Of a DNA stretch of 64,000 nt, positions 40,821 through 54,805 are shown piece after piece. Position 1 is the stretch's first letter. Each line of letters starts with the position of its first letter. Both the position numbers and the translations under genes were made by a program. The notes under the pieces are model-generated. The model did not search any database. It was not told the origin of the DNA and worked only from the letters and a program-made list of their open reading frames with translations. Source of the stretch: Haliotis rubra (Eukaryota); assembly GCF_003918875.1 (NCBI RefSeq), contig NW_025767523.1, positions 2,728,001 to 2,792,000 of the forward strand, read 5' to 3'.

Positions 40821-43800
40821 TTTTTCACAGTCAGCTATTTTGAGTATTGCTTTGTTAGAATACAGGGCCTCCCCTATCAGACGAGACAAATAATATTAGT
40901 GTCACGTTTATTTCTGGAACGCACGCAGGTGTCACTACTGCCCATTCCTACGTCATGAAGGTCAAAGTAGGAACAGAGTTATCTTCCCTTGACTCATAAA
41001 CGTCACAATCAGAAATACCCTGGTTTGTTTACATCTGGAAGTCTGTCAGAGAGCAGGGTTTTTGGCTATGTCGAGCTGAATTAGGAACAGTAAGTTGTGT
41101 TACTGACATATAATGTCTCAGTTACAACACAGATAACGTCCTCCTGGCGAAAAGTGACCTTCAATAATGAATTTAGTGGCCAAATGAAATATATTATACG
41201 AAGCTATGTATGGAGTACATCAGCTGGCCCCGGAGCTGGGCGGGCTATAAATAGCTCGCTGGGCTCGCGACTAGCTGAGCTTAACTGCGGTTTGTATACA
41301 GTTTATGGTAACGTACGGTGAATGTTAGTGTTGTTGCCAGTGTGTTAGTGTGTTCCGCCTGACCTTTGCTCGACTGACATTGACAGTGCTGGAGTGTATT
41401 GATTAAGTTCAATGACAAATGACTATATCGACGTCTCATAACATTGGAAACCACGCCCATTTTTTCATCTGACCATTCAAACTGGTGCACTTTCACGATT
41501 GAGGCCTTTGTGTATAAATAGATGTGTTCAGTGTTGACATATTTGTTGTATGTTGGAGTATGCGCATGACCTCCTTAATGTCATTAATTTTGAATGAAAC
41601 TACCTATATCATTCAAAATGCTACGAATATAATTAAAGGAAAGGAAAGATTTTACACATAGAATTCTGTCATTCAACATGGTGTTTCAGAAATACCTATA
41701 CTTTAACTATTGTGCATTTTTCTTTGTCATTTCCCTTTAGAGTTACATTTGTGATGTATCAAACATTTGGTAAATATTGATTTGATATAGAACCTGGGGT
41801 GAGAAAAAAAATTATTTTTGGGATCTCAACACAAATCAATGGCAGCTCAACCACTTTTTACATTTAAGATACCTTCGGTCTCTAGAACTAAACCTTTGGA
41901 CATTTTCGATTGCATTATATCCTGTTACAATTTATGCTGATAGGCTTTCCACGTAATGTCTGTTAGTGAATCAAACATTCATGCATTCAGTATATTAAAC
42001 TAAATAATCATATTTGTGTTTCTGAATCTCTTCCTCATTAATTATGTATGTCTGGCATATATATCTAAAACAGATGCAAAGTAAATGTTGAATGTAAGGA
42101 TTTATGTGTCTGTCTATGTAGCATCAATCACCATCACTGTCTCTGGCCATTTAAGAATTTTGTTTTTGTCATTTTGACATATTTTTACATAACATGGACT
42201 TAAGTAATAAAACCTTGAATATATGACTATGTGACAAGATATAATGCACATACTGTCATCCCTCGCTTAATGCAGGTTGCAGGAGTCCACTGATGAGCCC
42301 CACATTATCAGATATCAGCTTTGTTCCTTACACGCAACATAGGTTGTATAATATCATATTTTCTTGCACATAATGCACATAATTGGGTAAATTGCTATTT
42401 TGTGTATTGTGAAAGTCAAAGAGTGCATCATATCGGGCCAGGTGACTTTGTCAATGAAAATGTGAAATTTGAGATACAAATTTACTACGCATGATGATTT
42501 ACCATTGTAACTGTATTTCCTGTTACGCTAAACACGACTTTATATAAAGATATTAAGACTACTGTGTGCATTTGTATTGTAGACTAAACCAGATTAGTAA
42601 ATTCAGGATCCACCGTTATGCAAATATTATATTTTGCATATGGAAATTTGGTCGAATATAAATTCCACTGTTTCATTCTGAACTTGTATGTTATGTAAAC
42701 TTGTTTCTCATTGCCGAGGAAAATAATTAGCTCTTACACAAAATGGAAGAAATTGCAAAATTGGAGTAAAACAGGAAAGAGTTACATGTAAAACAAACAA
42801 GCTTTAGAAAACAATTGCATCTTTATTCTGTCACATTTAATGCATTGTTTCCAAATAGTGTTCATGATTTTCATATGAAATCCTAAATAAACTGTGGTTT
42901 TGTTTTATCTTGCAGATGAATGATGTATGTAGATAACGACTACAAATGATGAATGGTATTCCTGTGTCAGTGTTATGTAAGGCTGTTAATGGGTTAACAG
43001 GTATTGTTCTGTCATGGTTTAACCAGGACATTTTCTTAACATTTCTTAGATTTAGATATGAGAGGATTTTTGACTGGCTTCAACATTTTACAAGAGATTC
43101 TCAAAACACTAAGGAAAGTCACAAATGCTATATTTATATTCTATATTATTTAGATTATATGTGAATGAAGGGATTTACTCTAGCTGAAAGTCATTATAAT
43201 TGATTTGTGCCATGAAAAATGAACTGTGAATACACGATGCACTTTAGAAAGTGGTCAATGCAATTAATTCATAGCTTCGATCATGGGAGCCATGTCAATT
43301 TACACTTGTCAGATGGATACACTAAGTATTTGATCTAGAGTGCCAGCTGTCAGGCTTCCATTTTAGTGGAAACTGCAGTGGCTGAGTGTAATCTCAGATG
43401 TTACACATGCAAATATGAACTGGTTTATAATCTTGTCAATTTGTTGATGTCCGGTTAAGATTATGAACTCAAATGAAATCATGGATTAATAAACAAGGGG
43501 AAGTAACTCTTGTGCAGAAATTTTGCCCAATATGCAGAAATTTTGCCCAATAACTGTAGTCTGGAATACCGATGTCATGAGAATGTTGAGTCAGGTTGAT
43601 TATGGGTATAAACAGATTTGAGTGTTGTGGTTGAGGTATAATTTCTCTGTAATTTTGCAGAACGACCCTGTGTCCCTTCAGAAAGGCTAGTGAACTTCTA
43701 CCTCAGAATCAGCTGCAGCAGCAATAGCATAGTAGTCATGATCCAGGAGTCATTAATATTTACAAAGCCTTGTGTCTTGATGAGGCAGCCTATCATTAGT

Positions 43801-44139
43801 TTCTTTCACAGCTAATTTAGGTCTATGAAAATAATGCCTTGAAATACATGTTTCCTAATGAGTCAAGTTGGTTAATATTACATTTTTTATTATAAAATTG
43901 TTGCTTTGTCAAAAATTAAATTAAATCCTAAAATATACAGTTATCGCAAAATTTATGCAAAACGTATTTCTGTAGATCTGTGTATCACAATAATAAATTC
44001 TCATGTTCACTCAATATAAAGGCGATCATCTTTTGAAGCTGACATAAAATCTCCTTGATGTTCCCTTCAGAATGGCCCAAATATGATGATACCACAAGTA
44101 GTAGTAGTAATTAAAAAACACTCATACTTATAAAAGTAT

Positions 44140-44825
44140 ACCCCTTGTAATAAAACAATGCCCCTAGAAATATAATGTGACCATTGTACTGAAAGAATGC
44201 TGACAGTAAAAGGACATTAATCATGAAGTATTAATATTCCAAGTAAAAAGACAAGGCCCCAAATATTCAATTCAGGCCCTTTGAAATGAGACATAATAAT
44301 AAGATGATGCCCCCTTCAAATAAGATGGCACCACTGTAATATATTATGCCTGTTGTGATAGGACAATGATACTTAATAATAAGATGATGTCCATTGTCAT
44401 AAGACAATATCCCATGTAATAAGTCAATGTCCTTTTATAATAAAATGATGCTCCTTGTAATAAGATGATGGCCCACTGTAATAAGACAATGCCTCTTGTA
44501 ATAGGATGCCCCTTCTAATGATATGATGCCACTTGTAATAAATTATGCCTGTTGCAATAAGACAATGTCCCATGTAATATCATGATGCCCTTGTAAATAA
44601 AGCAATGTCCTTTATAATAAGATGATGCTCCTTCTAATAATATGATGCCACTTGTAATAAATTATCCCTGTTGTAATAAGACAATGCCCCTTTATAATAA
44701 GATGATGCCCTTTTTACATGATGATGTCCCTTTGTAATAGGAGGACACCCATTGTAATATGCTACCCTCCATTGATTAGATGATGTAATTTGTAATTAGA
44801 CGATGCGCCTCCTAATATGATTGTC
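44140..44825. repeat. Degenerate ~20-bp minisatellite (GCCCTTGTAATAAGATGAT-like)
   Basis: Roughly 25-30 diverged tandem units. Confidence 0.85.
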
Positions 44826-45833
44826 CCTCTTTCCCTCTTGGAACATTTCTAATTGCAATATGTAACATTAAGTTTCTGCAACAGGTATTCCACATATAAA
44901 CTTATTGATTATTCTGCTTTTTCATTACAAATTATTATATGAAGATCGAATGACCTGATGAATATTGCCTTGATCCATATCAGCTGTATTGCTGCCATGT
45001 GAGTCCTTCGTCAGGTGCACGTTCTCTAGCTTGTGCTATATGTCCTAGATGGAGAGATACTGTAAATTCAACCTTTGCCAAAGTTTTCTTTAGCTGCTCA
45101 GAGGTTCATAATCTAAACCTTTACAAATTTAAAAAGTGAAGAGGCTTTAATGCTTAGTTCGACATTGTTGTATTATATACAGTGTAAACAATACCCCTTA
45201 GCTTAAATAATAGATATTTAGCAAAAAATCCCAACACTGAGTAAGATAATTTTGTTCCTAATTGCCAAGGAAGCTTAGTTGAGAAGTCTGGATCCCTGGC
45301 CTAATATTCATGTATATTAATGGCCCCTAGAGATTTAAGTAAAAGCAATATGTCTTAGAGCCTGTAAGTAGATAGTGTGCTTTAAGTGCTTTATAAAGTT
45401 GCTGTGATTATGTTACAAAAGGTGTTGATAAATCAACAATAAAAGAACAGTTACATAGATCTAACACTTTGTGAAAATGCTAACTTAAAATAATCAGTCT
45501 TAATTTTTACAGGTTAAATGTGACATTGCCCAACAATATGACAATAATGTGAGGTATTACATGTTTATTGCATAAACTCCCTTGTCAAACATTTAATCAG
45601 TAACGATTGTATTGTCCAGTAAAACAACCCAGCAACAGAGTGATCCCATTATACAAAACCAAGAAAGTGATATTGACTTTCATATATTTTCAGTCCTTAT
45701 TTTGATGAAACTGTAATATCAAAAGAACAGCATTTTTAAACTTTTACTGACAGTTACTAAATTTTCAGGAACTAGGAGCTATAAATTTTTGTAACCTTTG
45801 CTTACAGTTACTTCCCTTGTTTTGCAGTAGACA

Positions 45834-47513
45834 ATGCAGGACTTCCACAGTGACGTCCACAAGAGTCACCTCGCTGAGGGACTGTCTCATCTTTGGCAGA
45901 GTGGCCGATTCTGCGATACTATTATCTCCGTAGAAGGGAAGACGTTCCCCTGCCACCGTGTCATCCTCTCTGCTGTGTCACCCTATTTCAACGCCATGTA
46001 TACTTCGGGGATGCGTGAGTCTCTAGATGGGCTTGTTACTATCCACAACATCCAGGCCAGTGTGTTCCAGTCCATCCTGAACTTCATCTACTGCGGTAAC
46101 ATCGTCATCACCGCAGAGAATACCATGGACATTCTCCATGGTGCGAGTCTCTTTCAAATCAGCACTCTGCAGCAAGTGTGTGAGAAGAACTACTGTGAGA
46201 ACCTGACTCCCCAGACCTGCATCGCCATCTGGAGGATCAGCCAGGCTTACAGCTGTACAAGACTCACAGAGCATGCTTGGAACTACATCATCGATAACTT
46301 CAAGTCTGTATGCCGCAGTGAGGACTTCCTGGAGCTGACGAAAGAAGAACTGTTCCAGATCATTAATGAAGACAATCTGAATGTGGAAAATGAGGAGACA
46401 GTTTGTGATGCAGTTCTACCCTGGCTTGAACATGACCGCAAGCGTCTGGCAGACATCAATGAGATCTTTCACAACCTGAGACTGCCTCTGATGAACAGCA
46501 ACTACATCAGTACATTGCTGGAGACTAAGCCTTGCATCCGAGAGAATCCCGACTGCTGCGATCATCTCCTACAGATGCAACAGGGTGGCCACAGACAGGA
46601 ACTCACCCCTGCACAGTATCAGATGTTCAGAGAACGCAACGAACAGGTCCTTGTGATGGTTGATGGTCGCAGACAGGAAGTAGCCTGTTTCAGTCTCCAG
46701 AGAAAAAAATCCTTTGCTCTTGCCAAATTTCCATACTTTGCTGATGGCAAAGCATCCTGTGTTTTGAAAGGAGATATATATGTCTGTGGAGGAACATCAG
46801 GAGTGGCCGAGAACCGCCTTGTCAAATATGAAACCAAGAGAAACAGATGGATTGAATGTTCACCCCTGCAGCAAGGCCGATGCTACCATGAGCTTGTGTC
46901 CGTCGGCGATAGCTTGTATGCAGTTGGAGGGTTTGTTGTTAATGCTGCTGTTTCGGGAATAGAAGAGTACAATATTCACGCTAACAGGTGGACCAAGGTT
47001 GGTGACCTCCTTCTTCCAGTGGGAGGGCTCTCAGCTTCAAGCTTGAAGGAAACAATTTACATGTTCGGAGGCAAGAAGGACAGGCTGGACAGGAAGACAG
47101 CAGTCTTCCAGAGTTTCAACACCAGGACACGAACCAGCACTGTCTTGGGTAACCTACCCGTCAACACGTGCTGGAGTCAAGCGTTGACTATCGATGATGC
47201 CATATATGTCGTCAGTCCAGATGGAAATGTCATCAAGTACACACAAAAATCCTACCCAGCCATTGTCAGTGTCATCAAGAATCTAGACTGCGAGTATTTC
47301 CGCATCGTCAATCACAACAGAAAAATTCTCATCCTTCAAGTCGGAGACACAAAGTACTATGATGAGTTGAGGATTTTTGATCCAACATCAAGCGATGTCA
47401 TCGTCGCCAGGGAGAGGCTCCCAAGATCTCTGTGCGACTCTGACTGGCTGAAAGTGGTCATCAACCGTCATCATTTGAAGTATGAGTGTAGCACTCATCA
47501 TGGATACCGTTAA
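45834..47513 (+). CDS. Kelch-like protein (BTB-BACK-Kelch, putative Cul3 adaptor), 559 aa, single coding exon
   Basis: BTB (FCDTIISVEGKTFPCHRVILSAVSPYFNAMYTSGMRES), BACK (FLELTKEEL...LNVENEETVCDAVLPWLEHD) and Kelch GG motifs YVCGG, YAVGG, YMFGG. A splice acceptor TTTTGCAG lies 6 nt before the ATG. Confidence 0.93.
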   Translation: MQDFHSDVHKSHLAEGLSHLWQSGRFCDTIISVEGKTFPCHRVILSAVSPYFNAMYTSGMRESLDGLVTIHNIQASVFQSILNFIYCGNIVITAENTMDILHGASLFQISTLQQVCEKNYCENLTPQTCIAIWRISQAYSCTRLTEHAWNYIIDNFKSVCRSEDFLELTKEELFQIINEDNLNVENEETVCDAVLPWLEHDRKRLADINEIFHNLRLPLMNSNYISTLLETKPCIRENPDCCDHLLQMQQGGHRQELTPAQYQMFRERNEQVLVMVDGRRQEVACFSLQRKKSFALAKFPYFADGKASCVLKGDIYVCGGTSGVAENRLVKYETKRNRWIECSPLQQGRCYHELVSVGDSLYAVGGFVVNAAVSGIEEYNIHANRWTKVGDLLLPVGGLSASSLKETIYMFGGKKDRLDRKTAVFQSFNTRTRTSTVLGNLPVNTCWSQALTIDDAIYVVSPDGNVIKYTQKSYPAIVSVIKNLDCEYFRIVNHNRKILILQVGDTKYYDELRIFDPTSSDVIVARERLPRSLCDSDWLKVVINRHHLKYECSTHHGYR

Positions 47514-48411
47514 TCATCTGGGCCATCTTGGTCTCTAATGGAAAAAAATTCCAATTGTATCGTCTAATTATTGCATTTGTGTGCTCTTTTAGAACAATTT
47601 ACATTTACTTATACTTCTACCTTATTTAGTAACAAGATTTTTGTTATGCGTTAACAAATTGGTTAACATTTTAGTCTAATTTTGATGAAAGATTATATTT
47701 TGAGGAAAGATGATTTCCCACTTTGATCTAAGTCCACCTTTTTTGCATACCTCAGAGACAATGAACCTCTTTTTGAAAAGCAGCATTATGTAAGATCAAA
47801 GTCATTCCAGGTGCCCCTGTACCTAAACATAAGAATCATGACATTATATCATTTTGTAGCCTGACTGGCGTATATCAAGAAATCTTCATTTCCCATTAAA
47901 CTATCAAGGAAAACAATACTCAGCGTACTCCACTGCCTGTTTGGTTAATTTATTTTATCCCATTACTCATTCATTGCTTGATCTATGAATGTTGTTTTGA
48001 ATGGATGTTTCTATTTCTACATGCGTCAGGTGTGTGTGTGAACTAATCATGATATTTTATGAGGACATGACATTTTTTATTAATTCAAACTATTAATTTA
48101 AAGAGGAATTGACTTTAAGTTTTTAGATATCAGTTGCGTAGATCAATTTGCATGATGTCAATCACTAGATTGTCTGATACAGACTTGATCTTGATTATTT
48201 AGGGTCCGTGCATAATTTATGGAGGGAGGTTTTAAAGAGAGATTTTTGGGGAGATTTCACCCATTTACTTCTGGGGTGGTAGGGGGATGATATCAATTTT
48301 GTACATTAATATATTAAAAGGTTATGCCTAAAAATTATGGGAGTGGGGGAGGGTGTCATTGATTTTGTAAATGACATGCAGTGGGGTCACTTACTTTGTA
48401 CATAATCATCA

Positions 48412-48494
<83 letters not shown>
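48412..48494. repeat. (CT)n(CA)n microsatellite
   Basis: Seen directly. Confidence 0.95.
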
Positions 48495-48495
<1 letters not shown>

Positions 48496-48994
48496 AGCCA
48501 TAAATTATTAACGTTCCCTCTCACAGATCTCTGACATGTAATACGTTGAAAATTGCTGACAAGTTTAAATGGATTTGCTGACTTTGGTCCCATGAAAACC
48601 TATAACTAGTCCTGCCAATGTATCAACCATGGAAATTCCAGCGGTGAGGAGCCCAGGAAACTAGAAAGTGCAAGGATGACACATTTTATATTATACTCAT
48701 ATAAGTATGGCTCATAATGAATATTTGTTGTAAATATGACAGTTGTCTTGATTACTCTGTTTCCAATAATGGACAAATTCTGTTTCTTGTAATGTAGCTT
48801 GCAAAACAAAAAAGAACGAGAGTATTTCAAAAGGGCAAAACATCACCAAGACAACATACATATATGCACCAGTGATACTGAATGAATCTTAATGTTCGTC
48901 TGGTGATCTTCTTGTCATTTGATATGGTTGAACCAGTGCAAGTTCTTCTTACGTTTCAAGTATCACTTGCCACTTTCAATAACCTACAAGAAAA

Positions 48995-49339
48995 TAGGGC
49001 TTGGACGGGTCCCCACCCCCTATTACCCTACCCTACCCGGATACCCGTTAGGTTCATTCCTGACATCAAATTTGTAAGAATTGGCAATATATTCTTCGGC
49101 TCAGAGGCTACAATTTCGAGTTTATATAATATCTTAACCATGTATTATGTTCAAAACAGGTGACTGCACAATTATGTCTAAATCTTCAAAGACAATACAA
49201 CCTTCTAATCATGAAAGAATAACATATTACATTGTTTAATCTATTGGTCATATGGTAATAACGGGTGTGGGTATTGAGTGCCCGGGTCCAACTCATTACC
49301 CACCCGTCCCGGGTATCGGGTTTACCCATCGAAGCCTTA
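48995..49339. mobile_element. hAT-like MITE
   Basis: TIR TAGGGCTTGGACGGGT / ACCCATCGAAGCCTTA, TACCC subterminal repeats, 8-bp TSD CAAGA(A/T)AA. Confidence 0.75.
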
Positions 49340-50911
49340 CAAGATAACTGCTGGGTGTGTCCCTCAATGAGTTGGTTACGAATGTTTTTTATGTGATTTG
49401 CTCTGTTTGCTGACAGTGTTGAAGCTCACTGGAAGCAATGTATGGTGTTGGGTTTGCAGATTTGTTGTTTTTTCAGCCCATTGGCTCAAAGGTCAATTTG
49501 AGCTTATGTGAAAGCATGCTGACAACTTGTTACAGGTTTACAAAGAATGCTTTATGATTTGTATGTCTTGTACATATTCTAATGTTTTAGCTAAATGTCA
49601 TTGTTTTTATCCAATTGTCAACAAAGTGAAACCTTTTGAAACACTGTGGATGTAATACTTCAGCTGAAACAGAAACAAGCATAAAGAGGTGAATGTCTGT
49701 TAGAAAGAATACAGTATTTTGCTTTGGATAACATTTTGGTTATATCACAAAAATTATCAGAGAAGAAAGTGAAACATGGCACAAACCATGTGCCCTTGAA
49801 GTGACCTTCTAAGGAGATGTCATAAGATTTTTATACAGTGAAGAACAGTATCAGAGTAAAAAGAACTGCTTTTAATGAGATTATTGTCAAGCTGAATCTT
49901 AGATTTAAACAATAAACGTGGCATTACACAGAGAAAGGTATCCACTCATAACAGAAAATATAACAGATACAAAAAAGATAGGATCTTGCTGCAAATAACA
50001 GCATTGTTAAGTACATTGAAGCTTCGTGAGCTTTCTTCTTGAAAACCAGTTATATATGTTTTGATTTCAGTGGTTGTGTTTGCGTTTCCGATATGTCCTC
50101 AAAATATTAAACTATCCCGTATTAGACAAATATATGCAAGGACACAAAGGTGAAGGTCAGCCATATAGGTAGAATACTGCTGAGTGTGGCATTTAAAACA
50201 AACAAACTAGACAAAGGTGAAGGTCAGCTGCAAAACTGGTGTATTCCTGAAATTTCAGTTTTCTGTCAACATAAACATTTTCTAAATATTTCAAGCAGAA
50301 TAGTTGCTTATTTCAAGCATATTTGTTGCGGCAATATGTATCTATCCCACTTGACCATACTGGTCAGCCAATGCCACCATTAGCATGTTGCCTTCTGAAG
50401 CTCAATAATTATGCATGTTATGAAGAACAAATGACCTCGAACACTGCTCAAATTCATGCTCTCACAAATTTATAAAGCATGTGTTTTCTTTATTTTTTGG
50501 TAGCAATTTATTTTGAGCAGTTGAACAGGAACAACGAACTGACAGCATTATCTAAAGGACAGTAGTGCACCCGCACAGTATAGTTTGGAAAAAGATTCCT
50601 AACTTTGACACTACACCATAAGAAGTACTACAAGACAGCTTACAAATAGGCCTTTATATAAAAATATGTCCCTAAAATATGTTCTTTTCACCATGGGAAC
50701 CTTTGCTTTTTATTTTGTATGTGCACTCAGGATTTGAATGGTTCCTTTCACTGAATTGTCTACGTCAATTAGTCAAAACCCTTCAAGCTGGGGTGCTACA
50801 AAGTTAAAACTATAATTCCTAGAACCCAATCCTTTTTTATGTATGCTACTAAAGAGAAGTTAAGGATATCCCCTCATTTCATATTAAGGTAGTTAATCTG
50901 TCATACCATGA

Positions 50912-51073
50912 CTGACTGAGTTTGGTTTTACGCCGCTTTTAGCAATATTCCAGCAACATCACGGCGGGGGACACGAGAAATTGGCTTCACACATTGTACC
51001 CATGTGGGGATTCGAACCCGGGTCTTCGGCGTGACGAGCCAACGCTTTGACCACTAGGCTACCCCACCTCCCC
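50912..51073 (-). mobile_element. SINE family A
   Basis: TSD GTCATACCATGA. Confidence 0.92.
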
Positions 51074-52712
51074 GTCATACCATGAATCATACTGTAGACT
51101 GACTATATAAATATGAAACAATGATCCTTAACTTCTCTTGGGTGGTATATATCCATCAATGTAATAATCCTTATGTAAAATCAAGCCAAACTTCACCTTT
51201 GAACTCATTTACAGTTTGCACCTTGCTGATTGTTCCTGCACCAAGCAAGGATGTAGAATGTCTGGCAACGAGGGGTAATACCAGAAATGAAATGAAATAA
51301 AAATTTAAAATGTTGTTTCATCGGTTTGGAATTATAAACATTAAAACCAGTATGTAAACTATATAAATCTCCAGTTAAACACTCAGAAACAGTAGACTAT
51401 ACGACATCTTTGAGCAGTATGATACAAAAGAAGAGTGAAGCATTCTGTCACAATAAGGTAATGGTTGTCCAATAGTGGCCCTGATGTTGTTTCAAGTAAT
51501 CAAACTACATGGTTAGCCTATCAAATTCTTTGGAACCCCTTGGAATTTCCGTTTATATGAATTAAAACAATCCATGTATTCTTTTCAATTGTCAGACATA
51601 TAATTCTTTGAAAACATCATGAAATGAGTCTAATATGGTTAGCTTAAATCTCAACCAGTTATTTAGAACTTGTATGTATAAATATTGGCTTGAATGCAAA
51701 TAGTACATTATGTGGATTATTAAGGTACTATTCATTACCATCAGTAGATGAGTCACCTAGCAACCATCAGAGTACTTGCTGGATTTAGGTCTGAATGCTG
51801 GGCAATTATAATGCTTTAGCTGTAGCGGTCTACCAATGTAAACACTTTTTGTCTTGTTCATTTATGACTTTTACACCTGTCAATAACTCATATTAGTTAG
51901 GTTTGAATAAAATAAATGTCATGGTTTCATTATTCCAACTCCTGATTGATATTGTGCAACACTTTTCTATAATCTAACACAACCATAATATCAGTCTTTT
52001 ATATAATTATATCACACACAACCAGTTAATTATTAATATTTCAAAGTTTTTGAAAGAATTTATTAACAAATGATTTAATTAGTTAAATTAGGGGTTTTTT
52101 TAACCTAGGGCAAGTTATCAGCCTGAACATGCATAAATGCTCGGGTGAAGATATTTTATTTTTTCATTTCATTTTATGTATCTCATTGAGTTGCACGGTC
52201 CTGACTAGTATCTCCTAACAGCTGAATAATTCTATGATCAATTAATTAAAAAGGATGGCCTTTCAGAAATCCAAATTGTTGGTACCATGACATGTATTTC
52301 TTCAAACCTGTTTAGACACATATAGCATCTTATTAGTTGAATGTTTACAGGGGAGTACTATGTGATTCTGACAGCACGTTGTTTGTTGTTTGTTGTAAAA
52401 GTATATATGAAGGTTATTTGTGAACTATACGAGGCTGTTGACAGCTACCTTGCAATTGTTAATGACGTCTGTGATGATGATTATGAAGTTCTCTGTTAAG
52501 ATTAACTCTGTTACATGATAACTGGAAATGTGATGAATTTGCAAAACATGTTACTTCCGACTTCCCTTGAATGGATGTGAATACATCGGTCATAAATAAA
52601 CCATTAGCCACATGCAGACTTTGTAGTTATTTCATTTCAGCTATTGGCATTATGTTTTAATGTACTACTCAAATGAAAGCAACAGAACATCCAATTCTTT
52701 CATATTATTTCA

Positions 52713-53018
52713 GGGGCAGTGAGGTAGCCTAATGGTTAAAGCATACACTCATCATGTTCGATTCCCCCCTTGGGTACAATGTGTGAGGGGTGGTTGGGTA
52801 GCCTAGTGGTTAAAGCATTGGTTTGTCACACCAAGACCTGGGTTCGATTCCCCACATGGTTACAATGTATGAAGCCCATTTCTGGTGTCCCCCGCCTTGA
52901 TATTGCTGGAGTATTGCTAAAAGCGGCGTAAAACTATACTCACTCACTAAAATGTGTGAAACCCATTTCTGGTGTCCTCTGACTGGACATTTGCTAAAAC
53001 CATACTCACTCACTCAGT
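52713..53018 (+). mobile_element. Nested or tandem SINE family A copies
   Basis: A full copy (~52787-52948) sits inside an older copy, with ATGTGTGA repeated at both junctions. Confidence 0.8.
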
Positions 53019-53029
53019 CATATTACTTT

Positions 53030-53495
53030 TCTTTTTTTTTAAATCTTTTTATTTGTTCCCATAATTGAGTACAAGCATATAAAGTAAAGCAATAAATGTA
53101 CAAATACATGATCAAAGTTCATTGGGTTCAACAAAAATGTTAGATCAACTGATAGCATAGAGAGAATATAATCCAGTAAAGTTATCCCCTTCGATTAAAG
53201 ATTAAGTCAGAAATTAAATATTGAGAATAAAGGAAACCATTTGTCCGAAAATTTATCAAAATTATTGTTCCTTCTGGATATGAAATTTTCAACCGTATAA
53301 ATGTCTTTCAAACTTTTAAGAAATTATTAACTTTTGGAATTATTTTCTTCAAAGTGCAAGTATATATACAGTATATATATGTATATCTTTTAGCAGATAA
53401 GATTATATGATTTAGTAATGGCTTATTACCCAAAATTCCAAACCAAACCAAGGTCTTTGTTATTTCAAATTTCTGTATGTTTTGGATTATCCAAT
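53030..53495 (-). mobile_element. 5'-truncated L1/Tx1-like LINE insertion with an A-rich tail
   Basis: Perfect 16-bp TSD TCAGTCATATTACTTT (53014-53029 and 53496-53511). Decayed ORF2 end FGILGNKPLLNHIILSAKRY. Confidence 0.8.
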
Positions 53496-53786
53496 TCAGT
53501 CATATTACTTTAGTTAATCTGTAATTATCCTGCCAGATGACACATCAACTATAGTAATATGAAACAATCAGGTGTCCTGTAGCTTCTTCTAAAAGGGATA
53601 ATTGGGCATGGAATATTCAGTCACACTTCCTAATATTGGTAGTTTTCATTGTTGACAATCCAAGATTGAATATTTTAATTCTGTTATAATAAATTCCATG
53701 AGGCCATTTTACTACCATGTCTTGATTTCAAGTCTGTTTAAAATAGAACAACACTGAAAATAGCTGTCCAATCAAATAACCCAGTA

Positions 53787-54266
53787 TGGTTGGTTTCTTG
53801 GTGTTTAACGCTGCACTCAGCAATATTCCAGCTATATGGCAGCGGTCTGAATACATAAATAATCAAGTCTGGATCAGACAATACAGTGATTAACATGTCA
53901 TGAGCATTGATCTAAGCAATTGGGATACGATGACATGTGTCAACCAAGTCAGTGAGCCTGACCACCTGATCCCATTAGTCGCCTTTTACAACAAGTATAG
54001 GTTACTGAAGACCAATTCTAACCCGGATCATCACTGTATGAGATATGTTCTGCCTGAGATGGTGATGGAGCTTCTGAACAAAGCAGTATTTAAGCTACAA
54101 AGTGGAGGTCTGTAAATAATCAAGTTTGGACCAGACAATCCAGTGGTGGACATCGTAAGCATCGATCTTTTACCAAGTCAGCAAGTCTGACCACCCGATC
54201 CCTCAAGTCGCCTCTTACGACACGCATGGGTTGCTGAAGACCAAGTTGAACAGCAATCTTCACAGG
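53787..54266 (-). mobile_element. Two adjacent SINE family C copies
   Basis: 53787-54035 and ~54095-54266 both match the 58836-59105 element. Confidence 0.8.
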
Positions 54267-54744
54267 TATTTCAGTGTCGATCTCTTCCAGTTAAAACCAA
54301 ACTGGAAACATAGATGGAGCAGCGAATGGGTCCAGTTGGATATAGGTGCTGCATTTGTCAGCAGCCCTAAACAACAAACAAAAACAAAAACAAAAACAAA
54401 GCCTCACCCCATAAAATGAAAGGCTGTTCAAGGTTTTAAAAATATCATTGCATTCTTTTCATCGAAAAATCATTCTTTAAAACTATTTAGGAAAGACTTC
54501 CGCCCGTATCCCCCCTTAAACTTCTAGTCACCTGAATATATATTCCTCATCTGATAAGGATGAGTTTTATCTGAATATATTGAAAGACATATCCAACTTC
54601 TAAAAATGCCACTGAAAGAAATTGTTCCTCATCGTTAAATTCTTACCACTATTTATTTATTGCCTTTCATGAGGAACATAAAAGACATTTGGAGACTTGA
54701 AAGCATCTTTTCGTAACTAACCCCACCCCCGAGTTCATTTGAGA

Positions 54745-54805
54745 GTTTGGAGTTATCTCCCTTCGACTACCGACGCGCGAAATCAAAATCCGGAAGTGGA
54801 TAACG
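54745..54805 (+). promoter_or_regulatory. Putative promoter of the downstream low-complexity protein gene
   Basis: CpG-rich patch with an E2F-type GCGCGAAA (54775-54782) and an ETS CCGGAAGTG (54790-54798) just before ATG 54806. Confidence 0.55.

Noticed and set aside
44140-44825. CRISPR-like repeat array
   Set aside because: Contiguous degenerate units with no unique spacers, in eukaryotic intronic context.
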